Notes under the pieces: model-generated
Databases searched by the model: none
What the model was told of the DNA's origin: nothing
What the model saw: the letters and a program-made list of their open reading frames with translations, nothing else
Shown here: one piece after another, positions 10,594 to 24,003 of the stretch
How the letters are laid out: each line of letters begins with the position of its first letter
Numbering within the stretch: position 1 is the first letter of the stretch
Origin: Ramazzottius varieornatus
Lineage: Eukaryota > Animalia > Tardigrada
Direction: 5' to 3'
Assembly: GCA_001949185.1 (NCBI GenBank)
Contig: BDGG01000001.1
Location: forward strand, 7,128,685 to 7,192,684
Length of the DNA stretch: 64,000 nucleotides
Program-made: the position numbers and the translations under genes

Positions 10594-13500
10594 ATTCTCG
10601 CGTGGATCGGATTTCGTTGTCCTGTAATCAAAAGAATAAATTAACGGCGAACAGAAACCTTTTTATTGTGCCAAGTGGTAGCTGTTTCTTTCAGTTTGAA
10701 TGCGAAGGAAGCTCAAGAGCGCTATTTAACGAAAAAGACGATGCAGTCAGCCAAATTGCACAATGAATTTTCCCTTTCTGTGACTTTCAAGTTTCTGTAA
10801 TGTCAGCTTATTCAGTAATCAACCGAAACGCAATGTTAACAGACCAATTAATCAACAATCAACCGTATGATAATGAAACAAGCAGGATGATGGATTTCGA
10901 CCGTTTTGACATTGCCGATAACAATATTAAATTCTCTCATTGCCGCAGTACTCCATGTATCACAGCTAAAATTACGGAGCACGAAAAAGGAATGTGCATG
11001 GAATTCCGAAGCACAAATGGATGTTCTCCGGGCAAAGCGAGGAACTGTTCGGTGATCGAAGAAAGATTGGATGTTTGGATGAGGCTCAAATTGTAATATC
11101 AGCTTTTCAGAAAGCAAATCGTCTAGCTGTTCTGAGGCGTTCCCCGACTTCTCATTACAGGCGCTCGATGACTTAGAGGCTGTCAAGGAGCTGGGAATGT
11201 GAAAAGTATGCAAAAGATGATTGCGCAGCCGTGTGAAAGAAGCCAACTGTGGCTGCATGCAAAATGAGTACAAAACGGTGGTTTGGTACTTACATGTTTG
11301 AAGAGTAGGACGATGAGTACATATATATGTCGCCACGAGTGGACTGCTGGCTTTGTGGAACATCAAGAAGAAGGGACGGGAGCAGCCCAGAGTGGATCAA
11401 GGAGGGATGCGGGAGGTCGGAAATGAGACTTTGCTCTGCAACACAGAATTTTAAATATTGCTGTACCCGTCCCAAGATCAAGCATGGAAAAAAATGCTAT
11501 TAGATGCCCGGCACCACGCTAAATTGTGCATTACCCAATGGTAAAAGCATGTATGAGCTGGCTGTGTAACAAGAGGGCATCGCAATATTGTAGTCTATTC
11601 AAGCAAGTACTTACTGGGATTCTGGGAAGAGTTCAGGCCGAGTTTAGCTCCGGTTTCGGTGGGCGGAGAGGAAGAAGAGGAGCGACAGGAACTCGGGACA
11701 CAGAGTCAGGCTTCAGGCCAACAATTCAACTTTGATTATCGACATTTTTCCCCGCGCGCGCATGACGGAGAGGCTTAATAACTTAATAAGGATTCATGTT
11801 CGAAGACCGATAACAAGAGCTGAAACTTATCCAACGACCAGTCATTAGGACTCACTCGTCAACCCAGATTGAAATGGATTGCGCCATGTCGCGCAAACTA
11901 TACAGAAAAATGATCCCGGAGATTTGGACTGGATCAGCTGCGGCGGATGAGCAACACGTAGTACTTGGAAAGAGAACAGACTGCTGACTAGTAGAAAAAC
12001 GAAAGAGCAACGCTTAGTTTAAACAGTGACACTCTCTACAGTCTCCATCAGTGCGTTCTACTGCAAAGGAAAGTCAGGAACGTCGATAAAGTAACTTCCG
12101 CTGAATCCGCTCCGCGGCTGCAGCTGGATCTCTCGGAGTCTCTCCATTTCCAGCATGCACATCCATCCACAAGCTCCGGTTCGACTCCGTTCCTAAATTT
12201 CAAACTCACGTTAAAACCGATTCAAGCCGGAGGGTTGGCCGATTAACTTAGGACCTGTGAGTGGTATCGAGGGCTCCCAGCCTCCCAACTTCCCACTGCC
12301 CACTCATTTTATATTGTTGCTTTAAGTTGTTGGACACAATATTTTGATTTCGTTTTCCCGTATTTTCAGCCAAGAAAATATGTCGTGGGAGATGGCAAAC
12401 AAAGTAACGAAGAGCTCGCTGTGCTCGAAAACACACATCGAAAATTTCGGGAATATTTCTGTAACTGTAATTTCTTTCTAGGATGAACGATTACGTGCAC
12501 GGGCGCGTCACCTGATTTTCTTATGTGCTTCTGGACACAATGACCCCGTTGCAATACTAATGGCCCGAAAAACTCCACATGACACTGACATGTTCGCTTA
12601 TGGATGGGAGCAACATGGCTACCGGCGCTAGTGGTAATCCCCACGCGTTAAAAATCCATTACGATAATGCACGACGGCAAATATCGTTACTTTACAGACG
12701 GTTTCTATCATGGACTCAAGTGGCACTTGTCAAGTTCCCTCACTCGCATGTGAGGAGCCGAGCAAAACGGATTCATCCTTTCAGAAATCTGATATGCACG
12801 TTTTTTCCCGCTCCATATCAACACGGAAGTCCGAGAGCAAAAGTCACATGGTTCGTAAACCATCTTACAGGCCGAAGTTCATCGTACAGTCGCATTTGCT
12901 GTCAAGGACCTCGAGATGAAACGTTCGAACAGTTTCTTCCTGTTTTTGCAGCGATAAGAGTAATCCGCCAAGAGCGGCTCAGCATTTCGCCTTTTTCCTC
13001 GCAGCGCACTCGATGGATAATGGAACGAAAGAGCAGAAAAACATGTTAAATCGCAGATTACCCCGTGGAATTCTCTCTTCGGGTTCTTCAATTCCCATGG
13101 CGCCTCAACGTCTAACGTCGTCATCGAACCAAGATTTAAAACGTAACGTTGTTTTCTGCTTCAGCTTTCAAGGATAAAACGCAACCTCGCAAGCCGCTTT
13201 CTGTGAAACTCAGCACAGCGCACCCAGTGGAAAACCCACCAGACATCGAACCAAGCGTTTGTCGCTATCCTTTTGACATGTATAATCAATAATAATCAAA
13301 GCATCCAACTTTCCATTGATGCAAAGTTGTTTTGTCGGAATACACGCAACCACAAATGTTTTTTTTCTTTTCAGGCCATGTTTTTCCATCACTGTTTAAT
13401 TTTGTCGAACAAAATCTTGTCTTCCTGTTTGGACTTTCCGATGGAAAATACTCGCATATATAATCTACATTATAACGGTTCGGGCTTTGTTCATAGATAT

Positions 13501-14249
13501 TGACGGAATTGAGACACAGAATGCTCTGGTTCGTTGTGTCGTTCCATCCAAAGTGCGTCAATAGTATCAGACGATCTCAGATGATAGCGTACTGTCTAGG
13601 TTCCACATACTATAATTTGGGAAAACTCCTCCGAAATTGCCGCTTCGGGCTGTTGACGATCGCAAAGCGAAAGAGGGCAAAGGACGTTAGTGACTACTGG
13701 ATCTGTATGCAAATGTGTCACGCCCTCAGTCGCCCTGTAATAAACCAGAGCTCCGGCGAACGTCGATGATGTTCTTCTGTTTTCATCACGATATCCGGTT
13801 TCCATTGGCGTAGCACTCTGGATTCGAACTTGTGTTACGCATTTTTTCTCGCAAACCGGGTCAACCAAACAAACAAACAAACAAATATCGCTACGGTGCT
13901 GATTGAAGGGTCTTGGGATGCAGGTTGTCAGACCGGAAGTTCGCCGAAGCAGCGCCGCCTGGTGTTATGTCGTACTATCGCACTGTTTCGCTTATGTCTT
14001 ACATGACATACTCTGTGATGCGATGTTTCGCAATAATATTATTATTAGGGCTGGACTGGTGACAAAATCAATCACGTCCAATCAATCGCACGAGTGAAGG
14101 GGATATCCTCGAATCGTTCTCCTTCGTCAAGTCCTCGACGAGGATTTTCAAAGTTTATCCCATGAAACTCTATTCGAAGGGTGATTCTAGTTGCTCATCT
14201 GTTTCTTAAGACTCTCTCAGGCAGCAAAAAAGCTGCGACAATTACGACG

Positions 14250-17200
14250 ATGGAGTCCGGTATCGACGACTCGCACAAGGGACATCGCAAGCCGCACGGA
14301 GGACGAAAGGCCGAGAAGAAGGAGGAATCTCGCCTGAAGACCGATGTCCCGCTCCAGAAGCAAAAGCACAGTGAAACGGCCAAGCAGAGGAACCCCAAAG
14401 CCTTCACGTTCCAGTCTATTGTGAAAGCTGAACGTACTTTCCGTCGGACGGCCGACGTCAAGGAAAAGAAGACACGACTACCTGAGGTGAAGCAAAAGCA
14501 GTTGATTTCATTTCAATGGCGCTTGACGTCACGTGCTGTGAGGTGCTGCACGTCTAATCGAATTGCGATATGGTGACGTAAGGTGCCTGTCTCGATTTGT
14601 AGATTGACCGGACGCCCGAGCTTCCTCCCCCGTACGTCGTAGCCGTCGTCGGTCCACCAAAAGTCGGCAAAACCATCTTGATGCAATGTCTCATCAAGTC
14701 CTTTACACGAAACAACATCAACAACATTCGAGGTCCCGTGACGTTGGTATCAGGGAAGAAGCGTCGGATAACACTGATAGAATGCAACAACGATATCAAC
14801 GCCATGATCGATGTCGCCAAAGTGGCCGACCTCGTCCTGCTTCTCATCGACGCCAAGTTTGGCTTCGAGATGGAGACGTTCGAGTTCTTAAATATCTGTC
14901 AAGTACACGGCTTCCCAAAGATCATGGGAGTGCTAACACACCTGGATATGTTCCGAGAGAGCAAAGCTATGCAGAAAACGAAGAAGAGGTTGAAACAACG
15001 CTTTTGGACGGAGATCTATCAAGGCGCGAAGCTTTTCTACATTTCTGGGCTGAAGAATGGCGAATACATGAGGAGAGACGTCAAGAATTTAGGTATAGTA
15101 CATGGACTGCTCGGCAAACAAACTCGGCCAACAAACTCGGCCAGATTGTTTCTACCAGTGGCGCACTTCGTCAGCCACTAAGACCGAAAGCATCGCCACT
15201 TGGAAAACAATCTTGCCGAGTTTGTTTGCAAAGCTCTCGTATGTCGGTTGTCTGTAATGTAACAGCTAGCACGGTATGTTTTACAGGAAGATTCATCTCC
15301 ATTCAGAAATTCCGTCCGCTACAGTGGCGTTCCACGCATCCCTACATTCTGTCAGATAGAATGGAGGATGTGACGGACCCGGAAAAGATTCGGGCACATC
15401 CAAAGCAGGATCGAGATGTATGCTTTTATGGATATGTCAGAGGCGCTCAGTTGAAAGACAAATCGTTCGTCCACATCGCAGGTAAAAAACGTTTCCACTT
15501 TTAATAGAAGCTCGCTTTTCAAACTATAGATCAGTTTTCGGTGACTTACATACATACATACGAGGTACGTATGCCGAATGGACGGCTCTAGACTATAGTC
15601 TATACAAGGTGCGTGAAAGAGGGACAGATATAGCCTCACATAGGATCGTTTCTGTAAGTGGCGCACGCTTTCGGCCAGTAACACAGAGGCTGTGTGCCAC
15701 TTGAGTAAACAATTTGCGTGAATTCGTTTGCCGACACCCCATTCTGTTCTCAGACTTCCGAGGAGACAAAGCACACATTTTTACGTTTCTTTTCTTTTCC
15801 CAGGTTGCGGTGATTTCGCCATCGACAGCGTCACACTCATGAAAGATCCCTGTCCACTTCCGGGTGCCGAGAAGAAGCGTTCGTTGAACGAGAAGGAGAA
15901 GCTCATCTACGCACCACTGTCCGGTATGCGTGGGACCACGTACGACAAAGATGCCATCTACATTGACATGGGCAGCAACTACAACGCGGGCAACAGGAAT
16001 GCCTACCAAGGAGAACGGAAGCTGACGGCGGCAGAACAACTCATGGAGACCTTCAAAGACTCCAGTGAGATGATCGACGAGAAGCTCAAGACGTCACAGT
16101 TCAAGCTAACGTCAGAAGCAAAAGCTGTGACGGGTGAGGAGTTCGACGCGAATACGAAGATGATCGAATCGAGAAGGGAAGAAGTCGTGGAGGACGGTGG
16201 CAGGAGACGACGCCGAGTCGTCTTTGACGATAAAGATATGGACGACGGGGAAGATGGTGAAATGGACGACGACGAAGCAGAAGAAGAAGATGAAGACGAC
16301 GAGGAGGAAATGGCTGGTCGACCTGGTAGAATGTTCGCCGGTGCGTAAAGTCACCAAAATTGCTTTTCGCCGAACTGTAAGATTCAGACAAAGAAATCCT
16401 GTCAAAATTGCACTTAAAAAACACGCACAGGAAAGTTTTCGTCGGTGTAGTTCTCGTACCAAACTGAATGACACGCGTGTTTTGACTAATGCGGTTCGAC
16501 TTCCGGTGCGCAAACTGAAAAACGGCTTAAACGGCTTGACCGTCTCTAGCTCAGCTCGTGCACGGAAAGCTGCGTTGTACTGGAGAAAACCGTCAAGTGT
16601 TATCACAGAGTGCGCAGCTTAAAACCATGAATGCCAATAGGGTGAGGATCTGTAGAACCAGTCTTGTGCGTGTTTTGCAGGTGAAGATTTCGAAGGGGAC
16701 GGTGAAGGGGACTTTGAGTTTGATGACGACTCGGAAGACGACGAAGGTGTGAGTTCGCGGTGGAAGGTCGACCTCAAGTCAAGAGGTGCGGAGCTTTACA
16801 GCGGACGACTGTCTTCGGTGGACAAGCTCAAGAAACTCATCTATGGACAGCAAGAAGAAAAGAACGACGGGGACGATGAAACCGAAATCTTAGGTGGTCT
16901 TCTGCGGGTTGTGCAGAAGAACACGCAGGACATGGCCAGCAAACGAGGGAACAACATGCTGGAAAGTACGAGATTCCACTCGGATGAAAAGAAGAGTGGT
17001 GGTGAAATGGTGGATGACTTGCGATCGAGGCTGAAGAGTCTCTTCTTGACGACGAAAGTCGGGGAGGATGACGAAAGGGAAGGCGTGAAGAAGAACAGAA
17101 AGACTGGGGAGGATGACGATGAAGACCTGTATGGAGACTTCGAAGACCTGGAGCAGAAAGGCGGAAGTCTGTTTCCGAAAAGCGCAGCAAAAGAAGACGA

Positions 17201-19808
17201 CGGCGATGACATGGACGAGGTAAATTTCACTCAGAAACAAGCTGAAAGAAAATCTTAACCTACGAAAACTCGAACAAAATACCGGTACCATTATTCGCAT
17301 GAATTGGGAGGCCGGCAAACGAAACGTACCAGATCGCTACATCAAGTGGCGCACACTGTGAGCCAATGACATGTAAACGTGCGCCACTTGAGAAAACGAT
17401 TTTGTACGGTTCGTTTACTGGTCTTTCGGCCGTGTTTTTTTTCTGGTCTTGAATTCTCATTTCCGTTGTAATAAACCATTTTGTGTTTTAGGACGAAGAA
17501 GGAGATGAGGAGGAAGTAGACGCAAAAGAAGAGAAACCAGAAGTAGGAAAAGCTCCTCCTGCCGGAAATGAGAACAGTCGAATGGCAAAGATCATGGAAA
17601 AGAAGCGGAAACTGAAAGAAGCTTTCGACGCAGAGTTCGATGAGGAAAAGACCATTGGCAAGAAGACTTACTACGACACGCTGAAGGAAGATGTCGCGCA
17701 TCAAGACCAGGCCAACCGTTCCGAGTTCGCCGGACTGGATAACGAGCAGCGCATCCGCTACGAAGGCTTCCGCCCTGGTCTCTACGTCCGTGTACAGATC
17801 AACAAGGTCCCCATGGAACTAGTGACCAACTTCGACCCAACGTACCCGTACTTGATCGGCGGTCTGCTGAGTCAAGAACAGAACATCGGGTTTGTACAGG
17901 TAAGAAGACTGCAAAAAATTATAGTATGCTGCGCGACAACCACCTACATACATTTCATGGCCTGCGCTGTAGTTGCTGTATGTAGGTTCTTGATGATTTG
18001 ACGGCTCAGTTATTCGGCTGTCAATGCGGCGCGACAGTCACCTGGATACTGTGAACTAACGGCTTTTTCACTGAATGTGGTATGCAGGCTGTTGATGAAC
18101 CGGTCAGAATGTCGTATCTTACTCTTTGCAGGTTAGGCTAAAGAAGCATAGGTGGTATCCGAGGATATTAAAGAATAGGGACCCGATGATCGTGTCGTTG
18201 GGTTGGAGAAGATTCCAGACGCTGCCAGTGTACTCTACACAAGACCACAACATGCGGAACAGAATGCTGAAGTACACCCCGATGCACATGCACTGCTTGG
18301 CTAGCTTCTGGGGACCCATTACCCCACAAGGCACCGGTAAGAACTTTTGAAGGTATCTGGGCAGGCAAAATTTACCAGATTGTTATCTCAAGTGGCGCAC
18401 AGTTTCGGTATCGTTGACCGGAAGCCTGCGCCATTTTGCAGTATAATTTTTATATCGAGCTTGGCCTTCCGAGTGGCGCACGTTTGCGTTGTAACTGAAT
18501 GGTAGAGTGCGCCAGTTCGAAAAAGAGATCTGGTACATTTTGTTCGCCCAGCTCCCAGATTTTTTCTTGTTCGGGAATGGTTTTGACGATTTTTTATCAT
18601 AGGTATGTTGTCGGTGGAAAGTGTGAGGACTGCCGGTCAAGAGACCGGCTTCCGCATAACCTCCACCGGTGTCGTCCTGGACTTGAACAAGTCCGTCGAC
18701 GTCGTCAAGAAGCTCAAGCTGACCGGTGAGCCTCTCAAGATCTTCCGCAAGACGGCCTTCGTCAAAGGTATGTTCAACTCGGCGCTGGAGATCAGTCGCT
18801 TCGAAGGTGCGGCCATCCGTACTGTCAGTGGCATCCGTGGACAGATCAAGCGTGCCTTGAAAGAACCCGAAGGCGCCTTCCGCGCCACTTTTGAAGACAA
18901 GATCCTGCCCAGCGACATCGTGTTCGTCCGGACGTGGTTCAAGATCGACGTTCCACAGTTCTACAACCCACTGACCAACCTGCTGCTCCCGCATGAACAA
19001 CGTCTACAGTGGCAGGTAAAAATTAAAAATAAGTGCTTGAGACAATGTTGTGCTAGAAATTCCGAAAAATTAACATCAAAACGAATCAGGTGGAAAAGGA
19101 TCGGGACCTAGGCAAACAAACTCTATAGGTTTCGTTTTTTCAAGTGGCGCACGCTTCCAGCCCGTAACCTGAGAACGTGTACCACTGTGGACTGTAAACA
19201 AAATCGCTTTCCAAGTGGCGCACTATTCCAGTGTTACTGGCTAGAAGCGTGCGCCACTTGGGAAGACAATCTTGCCGTGTTTGTTTGTCGAGCTTCCAGA
19301 TGAATGGTGGAAAAATCAGTAGGTTTTTTGATCGACTGGTCTGGACTGGTAGTGCTAAAATAGCTTGTTGCTTTTGCAGGGAATGAGAAGGGTCGGTGAG
19401 ATCCGTCGGGAACTGGGCCAGAAAACCGAGCAGAACAAAGACTCATTCTACAAGCCGATCGTCCGGAAAGAGAGAAGGTTCAAACCGTTAATTGTCCCAC
19501 GCGATATCCAGAGCTCACTTCCCTACAAAGATAAGCCGAAGAACAGACCGAAGAAGGGTAAGATCCATCCGGATATGCAGAAGGTGGCGGTGGTCCTTGA
19601 GCCAAAGGAGAGGTCCATCGGGCAGATGCTCAAAGAAATGGAAGCCATCCATAAAGACAAGGCGACGAAACAGAAGAAAGACGCTGCTCAGAAGAAGGAA
19701 ATCTATGTTAAGCAGAATGCGCTGCTGAAAGAAAAGTACGATGCGGCGCAGAGGAGGATGAAGAAGGCGGTTTGTAAGAGACTCGATCGACGCCAAAGCA
19801 AGAAATGA
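14250..19808 (+). CDS. BMS1: Ribosome biogenesis GTPase BMS1; 9 exons (14250-14486, 14603-15092, 15287-15481, 15804-16340, 16681-17219, 17492-17899, 18132-18336, 18603-19015, 19380-19808)
   Basis: RNPKAF, P-loop [61 protein letters not shown]...[27 protein letters not shown]; phase-consistent GT-AG introns. Confidence 0.97.
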
Positions 19809-20208
19809 TATTCTTCTTGAATGAAATTTTCAAGATACTTCCCTGTTATTTCTTTGTGTTGGTATTTCAGTATCTTTGCGCGCGTTATAAAAAATCGGGA
19901 TGTAAAAAAGCAAGAGAAACCAGTCGGAATTCGGAAATGATTTTTGAATTTATCTCGATGAGTTATATTCGGAATCGTACGATCAATCAATCAAGAGTGG
20001 TCTACAACGATAACCTATACACATCTTCGTTCCGAATGTTTACTGCTACTTCATAGTCCATCATATCGCCACCAACGCCACAAGAATTGGTTCAGAAGAG
20101 CATAAATACAATGGTTGCTCTACGGTGATGGTAAAAGAGAACTTTACATGACTCTACGCTGAACAGGAAACGATTATCAAAGCATGAGAGAGAATTGGCC
20201 TTGGCAGT

Positions 20209-20547
20209 TTAAAAGCCGTGGACTTTCAGCTGGCTAGACTTGGCGATGGCGTTTGTGGTCAGAAACTCGCAGATGTTGTTACGTTGATCACCCTGGAACT
20301 GGATAACCTCGCCATACTCGGGGTGTTCGACGACCGTTCCATTGCAGCAGAAAGTCTTCTTACAGGCCCGAATGATCTTCTTCAAATCATACTGTGGAGC
20401 GATGCCTTGAACGGTGGTTAAAGTCTTGCGTCCGTTACGTTGCTGGATACGGATGTGAATCAAGCCCTCCGAACCACGCTCATCACCCTTCACCGCATCT
20501 TGAAATGGATCAAACGGTGCACTGATGTTGTCCACTTGAGTCGACAT
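20209..20547 (-). CDS. EIF1: Translation initiation factor eIF1 (SUI1), 112 aa, intronless CDS; 5'UTR intron ~20592-20680
   Basis: MSTQVDNISAPFDPF...IHIRIQQRNGRKTLTTVQGI...CCNGTVVEHPEYGEVIQFQGDQR...LKVHGF*. Confidence 0.97.
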   Translation of the reverse strand: MSTQVDNISAPFDPFQDAVKGDERGSEGLIHIRIQQRNGRKTLTTVQGIAPQYDLKKIIRACKKTFCCNGTVVEHPEYGEVIQFQGDQRNNICEFLTTNAIAKSSQLKVHGF

Positions 20548-21194
20548 GAGATAGAAATGTCCTTGAGAAGACGACTGCGATCGATGGAAACCTGCGAAAC
20601 GGAGAAATTCATTCAAAGATCCACCAGCAACGTACTTCAAGGTGACAAGTTCTACAGTGAGGCCCACAATTCACTCTCACCTTGGGCTCTGAAGATCCTG
20701 GAAGAACTTAGAGGAAATCCGGGAGTCTGGAAGAAAAATCAAACGAAGGAAACCTTTTGCGGATAATCCGAAATTGAAATCCAGCTTTGAATTGAATATT
20801 TGACTGAGAACGACGAGTCGACGCAGAATCGTTACGTGATCGTGTGACTCTACTCGTTCGATACGTCATCACACGTACGACTTGATTGCTTCTGCGAACT
20901 GGGTTGTACGACTGGTGAGATCGCCATTGCAGTGAGTCGAGTCACATACGAGTCACATCAAGTCGAAAACGACTGGGTAAATTGTGACATCACGTTCTGT
21001 TTTACATCAGCAGGCAGTGAACCGGGGTAGATGTCCGCTATTCCGCTTGTCTTTCATACTGTAGACAACAAATTTCGTGTCTTCGTCCCGTTCAGTTCTC
21101 GTGTTCCTTGACGCTTCAGGTCTTTTGGCGCTATTTACGATTGTGTAGGTTGCTGTTTGTCTGTTCAACTGAGGGTAGAAGTCCTCCTTCGAAG

Positions 21195-22797
21195 ATGCCG
21201 GCAAGAAACAGCGAGATGCACGAGGAGCAGCGATCACAAGCGACCTCTGATGTTAACACCACCACTCAAGAAACCGTCCGTGATAGCCATCGCGGAGATG
21301 TCTTCATCGCCAAGCTGGAAAGCTCCAACTTAAAGACTGTCATTCGAATCTTAAAGTCCATTTCGTCCAAGAAGGTAGAAGTCCGAAAGCTCTTTTCTAC
21401 AGTACTTGTTTTTCCGTTTTCCCTTAGTGCGCGATCTCATCCGGGCATGGTCCCTGCTTTGCAGATTGCACACTTTCACGCTGTCGAGAGTGGAATCAAG
21501 TTCATCATACAAGAGCCTGGACGGTTTCAGATGACCGCTTACTTGGCAAAGGAGCTGTTCGTCCAATATGACTGTCGGAAGGGTGAAGTGAGATTCAAAG
21601 TCAGCTTGGAAAATGTGTTGGTAAGTTCGAAACCAAACTGCCCTAGACGTCATAAGAGTGCACCGCTTTATGCTGGCTTTCGCCTACCAACTTGCCTCAC
21701 CGCGATGATGTCTTGCGCCGCTTCGAATACCGTGCTTATGCTGTTTGCAGAATTCCCTTCAAATGTTTGTTGGTATTCACGGACAAGCCACCACGGCGCT
21801 CTTCACTTACAAGGGTGAAGGGCACGCATTAAAGATACAGATCGAGGAGTCGGGCTTTCACACGGACTGTGAGATCAAGACTATCAACGTGGACGAGCTC
21901 GTGGAAGTTGACTTCCGGCACGAAGACCGTTTGTGTCGAGTGATCTGCAAGGTGCCCCAGTACTCCGTTATTCACGTTTTATTCGCGTACTTTCCTTGAT
22001 AAAATTTTCTTCTCTAGTCTGATTGCATGAGGGACGCGTTCCAGAGTATCCTCTTCTGGCCGTCGACCGCAGTCACCATTAAAATGTCCAACAGAGCACC
22101 GTACTTCACTCTGGAAACCGTTTCCGACCAGGGCACTTCCGCCGCCACAATAAGCAAAGGTATTGTACCTAGAATAACGTTAATTTAATGAAGAAGGAAC
22201 AGACTTGAATCGCACGTCGAAAGGAAGTGGGATGTGGGCAGATGAACTGAAATTGTTTTGTCACATGGCGCATGTTTTCGTTGCTTTGGGCTGCAGGTGT
22301 GCGCCACTTGGGAAAACGGTCTGGTTCGAATCATTTGCCCACGTCCCAAGTGATACTTCACTTCCGGTTTACACTCTGATCGCGTTTGCGTTGCAGATTC
22401 AGACTACATCGAAAATTTTGAGTGTCCGAATGATATCAGGTTCGGGTACGTTACTTTTGATATCAGCGTCGTGATATTATTATGGTGTCGGACATGGGTG
22501 AGCATGCTGAATAACTCTTGTGGCTGTGGGTTGTTCGTAGTTACCGTCAATTGATGATCAAGCAAGCCCAGAAGGCCCTCGCGATCTCCGAGAAGACGTC
22601 TATACGTATTGATGGTCGCGGAGTACTTCTGATGCAGTTCATGATCCGGACGGAAGAAGAAGTTACTACTTTCATTGAATTTGGGGTACGCTGACAGTCA
22701 ATCGCTTGACAATTTACTTCAAGCCTTAACTGTAAGCTTTACTGGGCCGTTTAATTTGCAGTGTGTACCGCATATCGATGTGGACGAGCACGAGTGA
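21195..22797 (+). CDS. RAD1: Cell-cycle checkpoint clamp subunit RAD1 (9-1-1 complex); exons 21195-21374, 21465-21620, 21751-21951, 22018-22159, 22397-22445, 22541-22685, 22762-22797
   Basis: Spliced product has Rad1 hallmarks: FIAKL..LKTVIRILKSI, GIKFIIQE, YKGEGHALKIQIEESGFHTDCEIKT, KALAISEKTSIRIDGRGVLLMQFMI, FIEF-CVP. Confidence 0.9.
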
Positions 22798-23539
22798 AAT
22801 CTTTCGAGGGATGAAAGAGTTGTTGCACATATTGCATTTTCCTTGTATTCTGGTGTCGAACCCTGGACGACTGTGATACTTCTATAGTTGATTCTGTAAG
22901 CCAAAATTCCAGTATCTTTCTCGAGCTTTTTTGACCACGTATATCATATCGAAACAAAGGCAGCTTTCTGCCACTTATAATTGAATCGTGTTGCGGCATT
23001 AGATGTAATTTTCAACTTGTACCGTAGTTCCGCGGAGAACGAATATTACTACTAAATAAACTAATGATCTCACCCGATGAGGTTGTTCTCGTAGGTATAA
23101 CACGGTCGCTTTCAGCTTCCGCGGTACCTCGGGCCGTAAAAGACCACTCTATGAATTATGGAGGATGACTTGTCAAGCTTAAATATACGAGCCACGCTAT
23201 GGCCCACCAGCAGCAGTTATCGCGGCCAGTTTGGTAGGTCAAAAGCGGCAGCTGAGTGAATTAACCAGAATGACGACCTACCGCGTTCGCGTGGCCAAAG
23301 TGTCTACTACTGCGCGTGTTCGAAGGAATGACTCGTATCCCACTGTGGCGTGGCGCTTGCCGACGTAGATTTATTTATTTATGGTTGATTTTTCATCTTA
23401 CAGGCTTCCATGCAGCTCAGGTGTAGAAAAGTCTGGTCTTTTATAGCGAGATCTTCCAGTGGGATCTGCGTTCTTGTAGTCTTGGTGCTGCTAGTGAGCT
23501 TTGCGATTGGAAACCTCGTGGGAGTTCGTCAGAAGTTAT

Positions 23540-24003
23540 AGTGATGACGCGAAGGGTTCGCACCAGCTGCAATTTCTCAAGTAGCAGGATGAGCGGATGT
23601 CGGTTCTCACGTACCAACAGGCCGAAATTTTCCCAAAACAGTGAGTCAGACTCGGAAGTCCGCAGAAGTGGGATCGGATGAGTGGATCTGGAACTATCAG
23701 GCAAAACGCAGTACGACTTGATCCATAGAAATAGCTTCAAGTCGACTTACGCTCCATGTATTTGACATTTATGTCACGGTGCGGGAAGATTCCCAGATCC
23801 TCAGCGGGCACAGTAGCGGGCACAGTAGCGGCCGCCGGGACAAGCGGTGGAGCAGCTTGAACGGCTGGAGCTGCCAGGTTGACGACGTTCTCGACGATTT
23901 CATTAAAGGTGTTTTCTGCGACAGGTGGGGGCTGTTGTCCTTCGGGGTATCCCTCCGGAATCCCGACGTAAAACTCCAAGAGAGAGTCCGTGGAGTAGGC
24001 CAT
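23540..24003 (-). CDS. Possible short orphan spliced gene (Pro/Ala-rich)
   Basis: ATG 24003, 84 codons to a GTAAGT donor (~23749), plausible downstream acceptors; no recognisable domain. Confidence 0.3.

Noticed and set aside
15093-15286. Family A elements as Introner-type intron-creating transposons
   Set aside because: Element ends lie well inside the introns and do not coincide with the GT/AG boundaries
20548-20667. N-terminally extended eIF1 (152-aa ORF in the track)
   Set aside because: It has a non-ATG start lying inside a predicted 5'UTR intron (20592-20680)
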